Source: an uncultured bacterium (GTDB taxonomy: Bacteria > Bacillota_I > Bacilli_A > RFN20 > CAG-826). From it: a stretch of DNA of 24,000 bases. Positions 1 to 7,067 of the stretch are shown one piece after another (position 1 is the stretch's first letter; each line of letters starts with the position of its first letter). The notes under the pieces are model-generated. The model searched no databases. It saw nothing but the letters and a program-made list of their open reading frames with translations, and had not been told where the DNA came from. Location: positions 7,234 to 31,233 of the forward strand of contig CASFQR010000003.1 in NCBI GenBank assembly GCA_949297275.1, in the 5' to 3' direction. The position numbers and the translations under genes were made by a program.

Positions 1-34
1 TAGCTATAAAAGCCACGCGGACCTTTAAATAACA

Positions 35-1156
35 ATGAATAACAATATTATTATCTTAAGCAAGGAACAATTTAATAATTTAGGAAAGCAATTACGTTTT
101 CGCGATTGGTTTGATGTTGATTATTTATATGATTTATATGTTGAAGCTTCTAATTCCGCGAAAGAGATTACCCGCCAAAAATTATTAGGGCGATATATTC
201 CTCTTAACCCAGTTGTCTTAATATTATATCTTACCCATGAATATGCTTTTTTAAAATCGCTAAAAAATCATGATGATAACTTTTTTAAGCAATTAGAAGT
301 GAAAAATAAAATCATTTCTTCCTCATTAGATAAATATTTTACGAATGAATATTTTTCTTTTAAAAATGCCGGGGCGATTTCTAAATATTTACCAGAAGTC
401 TCAACCCTTACTTTATTTTTAAATTTTCTTTTAGGTGTATTGCAAAAATATTCCTTAAAAAACCCGAAAGATACACTACTTATCGATATTATGCAAAAAG
501 GCTTTTTAATGATGAAGGCAATGTTAGAATTAATCATTAATGGCTTTGCCACTGAAGCCTTTTCCACTTGGCGAACCCTACATGAAACTGAATGTATTTT
601 AAAGATTTTATATACATATCAAGGCGAAGTAATTGAAGCTTATTTAAAGCATATGCAATATGCGATTGCCTTTAGGGGTGGTTTAGCTAATAAAGAAGAA
701 ACCGATCGCATCTTTAAGGAAATTAAAGAAAAGATGGCCGTGCATAATTTAAAAAGTAAAGATATGAAGAAATTTATTGAATATGGTTATCTTTACGCCA
801 TTAAAGATCAAGAGGATAGCGAAAATTTAAAACTTAATTTTCGCGATGGAGTCGAAAAGATTGCTAAATTAAATAATTACGCTAAAACTTATGAAATGGC
901 TAGTGAAATTGCCCATAGTTCCCCGATTCTTATTTATTCGCGTCAAAATTATTTTTATCATTTCACTTTATTAAATGTTTATGAAACCTTCTTCCGCATG
1001 GAAGAAATTTTCTATGGCATTTATCAAAAGAAATCTTCACCAGAAGAAATTAAATATTACGCCTTGATGCGAAAAGAATATTTGCAAGAATTAGTCTTAA
1101 TTCATCAAAAAGAGTTAGCTCTCTTTAAAGAAATAAATCAACAAAAATCTTCCTAA
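35..1156 (+). CDS. hypothetical helical cytoplasmic protein (373 aa), family not assigned
   Basis: Long uninterrupted ORF followed 8 nt later by a hairpin terminator. No TM segment or signal peptide; K/E/L-rich helical composition. The segment GFATEAFSTWRTLHETECILKILY faintly recalls the core of DUF5677/AbiV-like helical domains (from memory, unverified). No clear SD before ATG 35. Confidence 0.6.
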   Translation: MNNNIIILSKEQFNNLGKQLRFRDWFDVDYLYDLYVEASNSAKEITRQKLLGRYIPLNPVVLILYLTHEYAFLKSLKNHDDNFFKQLEVKNKIISSSLDKYFTNEYFSFKNAGAISKYLPEVSTLTLFLNFLLGVLQKYSLKNPKDTLLIDIMQKGFLMMKAMLELIINGFATEAFSTWRTLHETECILKILYTYQGEVIEAYLKHMQYAIAFRGGLANKEETDRIFKEIKEKMAVHNLKSKDMKKFIEYGYLYAIKDQEDSENLKLNFRDGVEKIAKLNNYAKTYEMASEIAHSSPILIYSRQNYFYHFTLLNVYETFFRMEEIFYGIYQKKSSPEEIKYYALMRKEYLQELVLIHQKELALFKEINQQKSS

Positions 1157-1163
1157 GATAGAT

Positions 1164-1192
1164 AAAAAATCCCGCAAAAAGCGAGATTTTTT
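1164..1192. terminator. bidirectional intrinsic terminator between convergent genes
   Basis: The sequence is AAAAAATCCCGC-AAAAA-GCGAGATTTTTT. It forms a 7-bp stem (ATCCCGC/GCGAGAT, one C:A mismatch) with a 5-nt loop, an A-run on the 5' side and a T-run on the 3' side. It sits between the stop of the + ORF (1156) and the stop of the - ORF (1218). Confidence 0.6.
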
Positions 1193-1217
1193 CTTAATAA
1201 ATTATCTTAATTATATT

Positions 1218-2861
1218 TTAAGAACCTTCATAACAAGAGCCACCGATAAATTCGCGAATTAAGGAATTGCAAGGCACCCATTCATCATGCATATCAATAA
1301 AATATTTTAACATGCGGATAAGTCTTTCGGCTGTTGGGAAATATTCGCTTTCTTTATCAATTTTACTTAATAGTGGTAAAGCATATTTCTTCATAACTGG
1401 TAATTCATAAGAAAGCATGGAATTAAAGACAAAATCAGCATCTTCTTGCGTATCATAAATCCACTTAAATTCACCGCGACGAACACTAGGCCACATACCA
1501 ATTGTTTCTTCAGCCGAAGCATTGCGGAATTTATAATCGCGAACAATTCGCCGCAGGAGTCTTAAATCTGTTAAGGAAATTGGATTATGATTATCTAAAT
1601 TGATTTGAGCTGAAGGTGCGATATAAATTTTATATTTTTGGTGCTTAGGAATTAAATTAGTTAAGCGTTCATTTAAAGCATGAATTCCTTCGATGATAAT
1701 AGGTTGATCTTCTTGCACTTTTAAGATGCGACCCATAACCCTTTTACCGATTTTAAAATCATAATGGGGGAGTTGAACTTCATCACCAGAAATTAAATCT
1801 AAAATATTTTGGTTGAATAAATCAATATCGAGAGCCTCAATTGATTCTAAATCTGGTTTACCATCTTCATCTAAAGGTGCTTGAGCGCGCGGCAAATAAT
1901 AATCATCAATTGAGATGCGAATCGGGCGAATGCCACGCGAAATTAATTCAACTCGCAAGCGATTAGCAAAAGTTGTTTTGCCTGAACTAGATGGTCCAGC
2001 AATACAAATTAAACGAAGATCAGATATATCATGCGAGATGCGATCGCCGAGTTCAACAAACATTTTGTTATGACGAGCTTCGCAGACATTTAAAAATTCG
2101 ATTTCACCATCTTCTTTGATGCGTTCGTTGATGCCACTGACAGTATCTGCGCCAGTAGATACTGCCCATTTATGTACCTCTTTTAAGGTGCGACCAAAGA
2201 TTGGGGCATCATCAAAAGGTGGAATTTTACCGCCGCATTCAGCGCGCGGATATTGGAGCAAAATACCTGGGGAATATAATCGTAATTTAAAATCTTTTAA
2301 ATAACCAGTCGAAGGCACCATATGTGAGAACATATAATTTAAATAACCTTCGCAGTCATATAAGTGGACAGTCTTTTCAGGACGGTAAGGTAAGATATCT
2401 AATTTATCGATTAATTTTCTTTCTTTATAAATTTCCGCGGCTTCTTCTTTGGTCACGACAAAGCGCTTAAATGGTAAATCTTCCGCAATGAGCTTATTAG
2501 CTTCATTAGTTAAGGCATTTACCATCTTTTGATCAACTTTTACTTTCTTATTAACAAATTGAATGAAGACGGAACGCGAGACATTATAACAAAAGCGAAT
2601 ATTAATTTCGGGATAAAGGCGATGAAAGACCATCGCGATTAAATATCTTAAAGACGCTTCATATATTTTAGTTGCGTCGCTATCTTCTACCGTTAAAAAT
2701 TCGATATTTGCATCATAATAAACTTCATAATTTAATTCGCGAACGCGATTATTAACACGCGCACAAATGTATTCTTTATTATCTAATGGTAATAAATCTA
2801 ATAATTTAACTTTCTTTTCATATTCTTCTACCTTATCAAAATATGTGACTTTAAATTTCAT
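1218..2861 (-). CDS. uridine kinase/phosphoribulokinase-family nucleoside kinase with a long N-terminal TGS / ThrRS-second-additional-domain-like extension (547 aa)
   Basis: The C-terminal half has the Walker A GPSSSGKTTFANRL, a DDYYL motif and IIIEGIHALN, as in Udk/PRK kinases. The roughly 270-aa N-terminal half resembles the TGS plus SAD-like region found fused to Udk in Clostridia/Mollicutes. SD GAAAGGA lies 8 nt upstream of the ATG on the minus strand. Confidence 0.75.
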   Translation of the reverse strand: MKFKVTYFDKVEEYEKKVKLLDLLPLDNKEYICARVNNRVRELNYEVYYDANIEFLTVEDSDATKIYEASLRYLIAMVFHRLYPEINIRFCYNVSRSVFIQFVNKKVKVDQKMVNALTNEANKLIAEDLPFKRFVVTKEEAAEIYKERKLIDKLDILPYRPEKTVHLYDCEGYLNYMFSHMVPSTGYLKDFKLRLYSPGILLQYPRAECGGKIPPFDDAPIFGRTLKEVHKWAVSTGADTVSGINERIKEDGEIEFLNVCEARHNKMFVELGDRISHDISDLRLICIAGPSSSGKTTFANRLRVELISRGIRPIRISIDDYYLPRAQAPLDEDGKPDLESIEALDIDLFNQNILDLISGDEVQLPHYDFKIGKRVMGRILKVQEDQPIIIEGIHALNERLTNLIPKHQKYKIYIAPSAQINLDNHNPISLTDLRLLRRIVRDYKFRNASAEETIGMWPSVRRGEFKWIYDTQEDADFVFNSMLSYELPVMKKYALPLLSKIDKESEYFPTAERLIRMLKYFIDMHDEWVPCNSLIREFIGGSCYEGS

Positions 2862-2913
2862 AATTTTTTCCTTTCTTTTCTAAGAGTGTTTAATTCACTT
2901 AACCCTAATTAAT

Positions 2914-2922
2914 ATCATAACA
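2914..2922 (-). promoter_or_regulatory. candidate extended -10 (TGtTATGAT) for the udk-like gene
   Basis: The minus strand reads TGTTATGAT about 50 nt upstream of the SD/ATG at 2861. This is a sequence match only. Confidence 0.3.
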
Positions 2923-3104
2923 AAGTTAAAATCGCTTTTAAAATCATTTTTATTAGGCATTAATTCTTCAAATAAAAGATAGATTTTATCGAATTTTTTC
3001 TTAATAAATAAACCACAATAGATAAAATAAATACTGAATAATTTTCATATTTTAAGCATGAATTTTTTATTTAGTTATTCTTTTTAATGATGATGACTTA
3101 GTTA

Positions 3105-3126
3105 TACTTCACTCCGCAATGAAGTA
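3105..3126. promoter_or_regulatory. perfect inverted repeat TACTTCA-N8-TGAAGTA (operator-like site or RNA hairpin)
   Basis: Read directly: tacttca (3105-3111), ctccgcaa, tgaagta (3120-3126). It sits at the left edge of the tandem repeat. Confidence 0.4.
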
Positions 3127-3233
3127 AATTATGAAGTAAGTGTGAAGTTTTACTAGATTGGTACTTCTTAATTTTATGAAGTGAATGAAGTAAATTATGA
3201 AGTAAGTGTGAAGTTTTACTACATTGGTACTTC
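3118..3233. repeat. tandem direct repeat, two 50-bp copies with a 66-bp period, carrying a TGAAGT motif array
   Basis: Copies 3118-3167 and 3184-3233 are identical except g3156 versus c3222. TGAAGT starts at 3120, 3132, 3143, 3177, 3186, 3198 and 3209. The complement ACTTC occurs at 3106, 3163 and 3229. Confidence 0.9.
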
Positions 3234-3292
3234 ATAATCTTGTCACTAGTTGTCTTCTTGCAATTTTTATTTATTCTATTTTCAATATTTTA

Positions 3293-3298
3293 TATAAT
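3293..3298 (+). promoter_or_regulatory. -10 hexamer TATAAT exactly 7 nt before the pncA ATG (candidate leaderless promoter)
   Basis: TATAAT at 3293-3298, then attgact, then ATG at 3306, with no SD. An alternative promoter is TTGCAA (3258-3263), a 17-nt spacer and TTCAAT (3281-3286). Confidence 0.45.
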
Positions 3299-3305
3299 AT
3301 TGACT

Positions 3306-3830
3306 ATGGACAAGAAAAGATTGCTTTTAGTTATTGATTATCAAGTTGATTTTGTTGTGGGGAATTTAGGTTTTCCTAACGCTGATAAGATTGAAAATTT
3401 TATCGTAAATAAGATTGAAGAATTTATTTCAAATCATGATGATGTTGTTTTTACCCTCGATACCCATTCTAGTAATTATTTAGAAACCGAAGAAGGGAAA
3501 AATTTACCAATTAAACATTGTTTAAAAGGGACAGAAGGTCATCAACTTTATGGCAAAGTAAAAGATTTAGCAAGTGGCCATCTAACTTTAGAAAAAGATA
3601 CTTTCGGCTCAAAAGAATTAGGTCTATATCTCCTTAGCCATAATTATGATGAAATCTATTTAGTTGGTTTAGTCTCATATATCTGCGTTTTAGCTAACGC
3701 TATTATTGCTAAAACCTTTAATTCTAATGCGCATATTGTCGTTTATCGCGATGGCGTTAGTGGCGTTAATAAGGAAGATGAAGAAACGGCTTTTTTAGCG
3801 TTAAAAAATGTTCAAGTAGAAATTAGATAG
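3306..3830 (+). CDS. pncA: nicotinamidase/pyrazinamidase, isochorismatase-family cysteine hydrolase (174 aa from ATG 3306)
   Basis: It has LLVIDYQVDF (catalytic Asp), a DTH metal motif, LPIKHCLKGTEGHQL (PncA-type P-x-HC-x-GT-x-G) and LVGLVSYICV (nucleophile Cys). The track ORF starts at TTG 3240, but family members begin near MDKKRLLLVIDYQ. Confidence 0.75.
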   Translation: MDKKRLLLVIDYQVDFVVGNLGFPNADKIENFIVNKIEEFISNHDDVVFTLDTHSSNYLETEEGKNLPIKHCLKGTEGHQLYGKVKDLASGHLTLEKDTFGSKELGLYLLSHNYDEIYLVGLVSYICVLANAIIAKTFNSNAHIVVYRDGVSGVNKEDEETAFLALKNVQVEIR

Positions 3831-3844
3831 GAGTTTATTAATTT

Positions 3845-5047
3845 ATGAAAAAAGCTTTTGTATACATTCAAAGCGGCGGACCGACTGCCGTCATTAATTC
3901 TTCGCTATATGGTGCGATTAAAGAAGCCCAAAAACACCCTGATTTAATTGAAGGGATTTATGGCTCATTAAATGGCATTGAAGGTTTGCTTGATAATCGT
4001 TTGATTGATTTAGAAAAAGAAGATGAAGAAAATATTGAATTATTAAAACAAACCCCCGGGGCCATTTTAGGCACGACAAGATATAAATTGCCTAAAGATT
4101 TACATGATCCTAAATACACTAAAATCATCGAAACACTCAATCGTCATAATATTGGCTATATTTTTGTTAATGGTGGGAATGATTCGATGGATACTTGCCA
4201 TAAATTACATATGCTCTTTGAAGAACTACACTTAGATATTAAAGTTATTGGAATTCCTAAAACAGTCGATAATGATTTGGCAATCACCGATCACTCTTTA
4301 GGTTATGGTAGCGCTGCTAAATATGTTATTAATACTGTTAAAGAAATCTGCATCGATGCTTCTTGCTATAAAAAAGGTAAAGTTTTTGTCATCGAAATTA
4401 TGGGGCGAAACGCTGGTTGGTTAACGGCTTCGGTTGATTTATTACCTTCTGATGCCCGCCCTGATTTAATTTTCTTACCAGAAAATGTCTTCGATTTAGA
4501 AAAATTCCTCGTCGATATTAAAGAAATTTATCATCGACAAGGTCACGCGATTGCCGCGATTAGTGAAGGGATTGTCTTTGAAAGAGACACATCAAGCGCG
4601 CGCGTCGATGCTTTTAACCATATTCAATTAGGGGGAGCAGCGGATGCTTTAACCAAAATCATTGAAAAGCGTCTTGATTTACCAACGCGATCAATTGAAT
4701 TATCTTTAGCCCAACGCGCTTATGATATTTTATTAAGTAAAGTTGATTTAGATGAAGCGATTGCTTGTGGAGCTTATGGGGTGAAAAAGGCTCTCGAAGG
4801 CCATAGTGGTGAGATGGTTATTATTAAGCGAATTAATAATGAACCATATAGATCAGAATTTGCTTTGGTTGATACTGGTAGCGTCGCGAATGAAGAAAGA
4901 ATGATTCCTTCGAGCATGATGAAAGGTGTCAAGATGATGGATCAATCTTTCCGCGATTATTTACGCCCCTTAATTCAAGGGGAAGTTCCAGTTAAATTTG
5001 AGGATGGTATTATTAAAGCAGCGCGCTTTAGAAAAGTTTTAATTTAG
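3845..5047 (+). CDS. pfp: 6-phosphofructokinase, predicted pyrophosphate-dependent (400 aa)
   Basis: PFK family motifs are QSGGPTAVINS, NGGNDSMDT, IGIPKTVDNDL and MGRNAGWL. Asp at the E. coli G104-equivalent (GGNDS) and Lys at the G124-equivalent (PKTVDND) are the classical PPi-versus-ATP discriminators. SD AGGAG is upstream. Confidence 0.9.
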   Translation: MKKAFVYIQSGGPTAVINSSLYGAIKEAQKHPDLIEGIYGSLNGIEGLLDNRLIDLEKEDEENIELLKQTPGAILGTTRYKLPKDLHDPKYTKIIETLNRHNIGYIFVNGGNDSMDTCHKLHMLFEELHLDIKVIGIPKTVDNDLAITDHSLGYGSAAKYVINTVKEICIDASCYKKGKVFVIEIMGRNAGWLTASVDLLPSDARPDLIFLPENVFDLEKFLVDIKEIYHRQGHAIAAISEGIVFERDTSSARVDAFNHIQLGGAADALTKIIEKRLDLPTRSIELSLAQRAYDILLSKVDLDEAIACGAYGVKKALEGHSGEMVIIKRINNEPYRSEFALVDTGSVANEERMIPSSMMKGVKMMDQSFRDYLRPLIQGEVPVKFEDGIIKAARFRKVLI

Positions 5048-5050
5048 AAA

Positions 5051-5509
5051 ATGAAAAAATCCTTTTCCCGCATTCCTTTACTTTATCGCATGATAATTGT
5101 TGGCGTTATCGTCGGCGTCATTTTAACGCTTTTAAGTTTATTATTTTTAATTTGGGAGATGTGGGATTGGACCGTTGGAGTCGCTTTAGGTAGCGTCATT
5201 GAAATAGTCTGCGTTACTTTGTTATATCTAGGCAGCGACTTATCATTAAAAGATAAAGGCTATGCCTTTTTTGCTTTATTTTTTATTTTACGAATGTTTT
5301 TATATGCAGCTGGAATTATCGTCTCAGCGTTATTAACTTATTATTTTGAAATTAAAGCAATCAATGTTTTTGGTGTCTTGATTGGTTATGCCCCAATGCA
5401 AATAGTGGTGATTATTGCCTCTATAAAAGAACGCTTTGATTTAACTAAATCGATTACTAAAATAGAGACAAAAATCGAGACAAAGGAAGAAGAAAAGAAA
5501 GATGCTTAA
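5051..5509 (+). CDS. atpI: AtpI/AtpZ-like small integral membrane protein preceding F0 subunit a (152 aa)
   Basis: About four hydrophobic helices. It lies immediately upstream of atpB with an 8-nt overlap, and starts 3 nt after the pfp stop. Confidence 0.6.
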   Translation: MKKSFSRIPLLYRMIIVGVIVGVILTLLSLLFLIWEMWDWTVGVALGSVIEIVCVTLLYLGSDLSLKDKGYAFFALFFILRMFLYAAGIIVSALLTYYFEIKAINVFGVLIGYAPMQIVVIIASIKERFDLTKSITKIETKIETKEEEKKDA

Positions 5510-6269
5510 ATTTTTCGACTTTTATTCTAAAGAAGATTTATTGCATTGGGACATGGCTCCTGAAACTTTCGTTGCTTTAATCATTGTAGCTATTTTAATT
5601 ATTCTTTCGATTGTAATTTTTATATTAGCGAAAAGAGCCGATCCATTAAAGAAACCTAAAGGTTTATTGCTCGTTGTTGAAATGCTTGTGGAAAAACTTG
5701 ATGATTTTGCCTATGGCTTAATGGGCAAGGGTTTTGAAAATTTTGGTGGTCTATTACTAGGGGTTGTACCATTTTTATTTTTATCATTTATTATTGGAAT
5801 TACAGGTTTACCCACTCCGATGGCCTCCTTAAATGTACCTTTCACCATTGCTTTGTTTGCCTTTGCCATGATTCACTTTACGGCGATGCGATATAACAAA
5901 TTTAAATATTTTAAGCGCTTTATTGAACCGCTGCCGATTTTTTTACCAATCAATTTAATTTCGATGTGGGCGCCTTTATTATCGATGACCTTACGTATGT
6001 TTGGAAATGCGTTAGTAGGTTGGGTGCTTTTATCGCTCTTAAATTATGTTTTAGAGGTCGCTAGTGCGGCCTTATTTTCTTTTATGCCTAGCGGCGTTAA
6101 TACGATTTGGTTTGTGCCGATTGGTACACCTTTATTTCACGCTTATTTTGACCTTGTTTCTGGCTCCATCCAAACGATGGTCTATATGTTTTTATGTTGC
6201 CTATTAGTTGCACAAGAAAAGCCAGAAGAGGAAGAAATAGAAGAAAAATTAGCTTTGGTCAAAAGCTAG
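5502..6269 (+). CDS. atpB: F0F1 ATP synthase subunit a
   Basis: Polytopic membrane protein with the conserved LRMFGNALVG motif (essential Arg). Operon position supports the call. Confidence 0.9.
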   Translation: MLKFFDFYSKEDLLHWDMAPETFVALIIVAILIILSIVIFILAKRADPLKKPKGLLLVVEMLVEKLDDFAYGLMGKGFENFGGLLLGVVPFLFLSFIIGITGLPTPMASLNVPFTIALFAFAMIHFTAMRYNKFKYFKRFIEPLPIFLPINLISMWAPLLSMTLRMFGNALVGWVLLSLLNYVLEVASAALFSFMPSGVNTIWFVPIGTPLFHAYFDLVSGSIQTMVYMFLCCLLVAQEKPEEEEIEEKLALVKS

Positions 6270-6283
6270 AAAGGAGAAAAAAT

Positions 6284-6517
6284 ATGACTGATGTTGGCTT
6301 AATTGCAATTGCTGCCGCTATTGCGATTGCTAGTAGTGGTTGCTCTTCAATTGGTGAAGGTTGGATTTGTCGAAACGCGATTGAAGGCATTGCTCGTAAT
6401 CCCGAAGCTTATGGCAAATTGCGTACTGGGATGATTATTGGTTGCGCGCTTGTTGAAACCTGTGGTATTTATGCCTTACTTATTTCCATCTTACTCATCT
6501 TTGTTTATGGAGGTTAA
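6284..6517 (+). CDS. atpE: F0F1 ATP synthase subunit c (77 aa from ATG 6284)
   Basis: SD AAAGGAG at 6270-6276 precedes ATG 6284. It is a hairpin protein with the loop GIARNPE and the helix-2 carboxylate in ALVETCGIY. The track ORF start at 6194 adds an implausible Arg-rich extension overlapping atpB. Confidence 0.92.
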   Translation: MTDVGLIAIAAAIAIASSGCSSIGEGWICRNAIEGIARNPEAYGKLRTGMIIGCALVETCGIYALLISILLIFVYGG

Positions 6518-6521
6518 TTAG

Positions 6522-7067
6522 ATGTCATTAATTTGTTTAACTTCTTTAGAGAATCCAGTTACTAATGAAGCGTTCTTAGAAAAACTTTTTCCTAATCCTT
6601 ATGATTTTTTGGCAACGCTTTTAGCTTTTATTGTTTTATTAATTATCGTGTTCTATTTAGCGTATAAACCGGTAAAGAAATTACTTAAAGCTCGCGCGGA
6701 ATATGTTGAAAACAATATTCGTCAAAGCGAAAAAGACAATCAATTAGCAAAAGAGAATCTTTTTAAAGCCAAAGAAGAAGTTTCGGGTGCGAAAGCCGAA
6801 GCGTTAAAGATTATTTCTAATGCGAATAAAAAAGAGCAAGAAATCATTTTAGAAGCAAAAAATAAGGCCAAAGAAGAAGCTAAAAAAGAATATGAAAATA
6901 AACAGCAGGAATTAGCTGAAGATCTTAAACAAAAAGAAGACGAGATTCACACCCTCATCGTTAAAAACGCTTATTTAATGAGTGAAGAAATTTTAAAAAG
7001 AGAAATTTCTCCGCAAGACGATGATCGCCTCGTCGATGAATTTTTAAAGAAAGTCAAGAATGATTAA
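6522..7067 (+). CDS. atpF: F0F1 ATP synthase subunit b
   Basis: One N-proximal TM helix followed by a long K/E/A-rich coiled coil. SD GGAGG is upstream; operon position supports the call. Confidence 0.85.
   Translation: MSLICLTSLENPVTNEAFLEKLFPNPYDFLATLLAFIVLLIIVFYLAYKPVKKLLKARAEYVENNIRQSEKDNQLAKENLFKAKEEVSGAKAEALKIISNANKKEQEIILEAKNKAKEEAKKEYENKQQELAEDLKQKEDEIHTLIVKNAYLMSEEILKREISPQDDDRLVDEFLKKVKND

Noticed and set aside
3119-3205. Five in-frame Met-Lys-stop mini-ORFs (ATGAAGTAA at 3119, 3131, 3185, 3197; ATGAAGTGA at 3176) inside the tandem repeat
   Set aside because: They are a by-product of the TGAAGT motif and of repeat periods divisible by three. None has an SD, so there is no independent support for translation.
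3118-3233. The tandem repeat as a CRISPR array, replication-origin iterons/DnaA boxes, a T-box or a known riboswitch
   Set aside because: There are only two copies, with no unique spacers of CRISPR size. There is no TTATCCACA-like box cluster and no dnaA context. The T-box consensus (GGGTGGTACCGCG-like) and specifier architecture are absent. I could not match any riboswitch consensus I know, so it is reported only as an unexplained motif array.
3240-3305. TTG-initiated 22-residue hydrophobic N-terminal extension (MSLVVFLQFLFILFSIFYIILT) of the pncA ORF, which would make it membrane-anchored
   Set aside because: There is no SD or promoter logic for TTG 3240. T-rich intergenic DNA translates to Phe/Leu/Ile by default. 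The isochorismatase family begins right at MDKKRLLLVIDYQ, and a TATAAT sits inside the supposed extension.
6194-6283. Arg-rich 30-residue extension of the c-subunit ORF
   Set aside because: It overlaps the atpB 3' end in another frame. A strong SD (AAAGGAG) precedes ATG 6284, and c subunits of about 77 aa start at the hydrophobic helix.
6522-6560. Possible lipoprotein-type N-terminus of ATP synthase subunit b (MSLIC...), by analogy with the lipoprotein b subunit of Mycoplasma pneumoniae
   Set aside because: Cys5 is not preceded by a basic n-region or a hydrophobic h-region, and SLIC is not a good lipobox. The real TM helix is at about residues 28-50.
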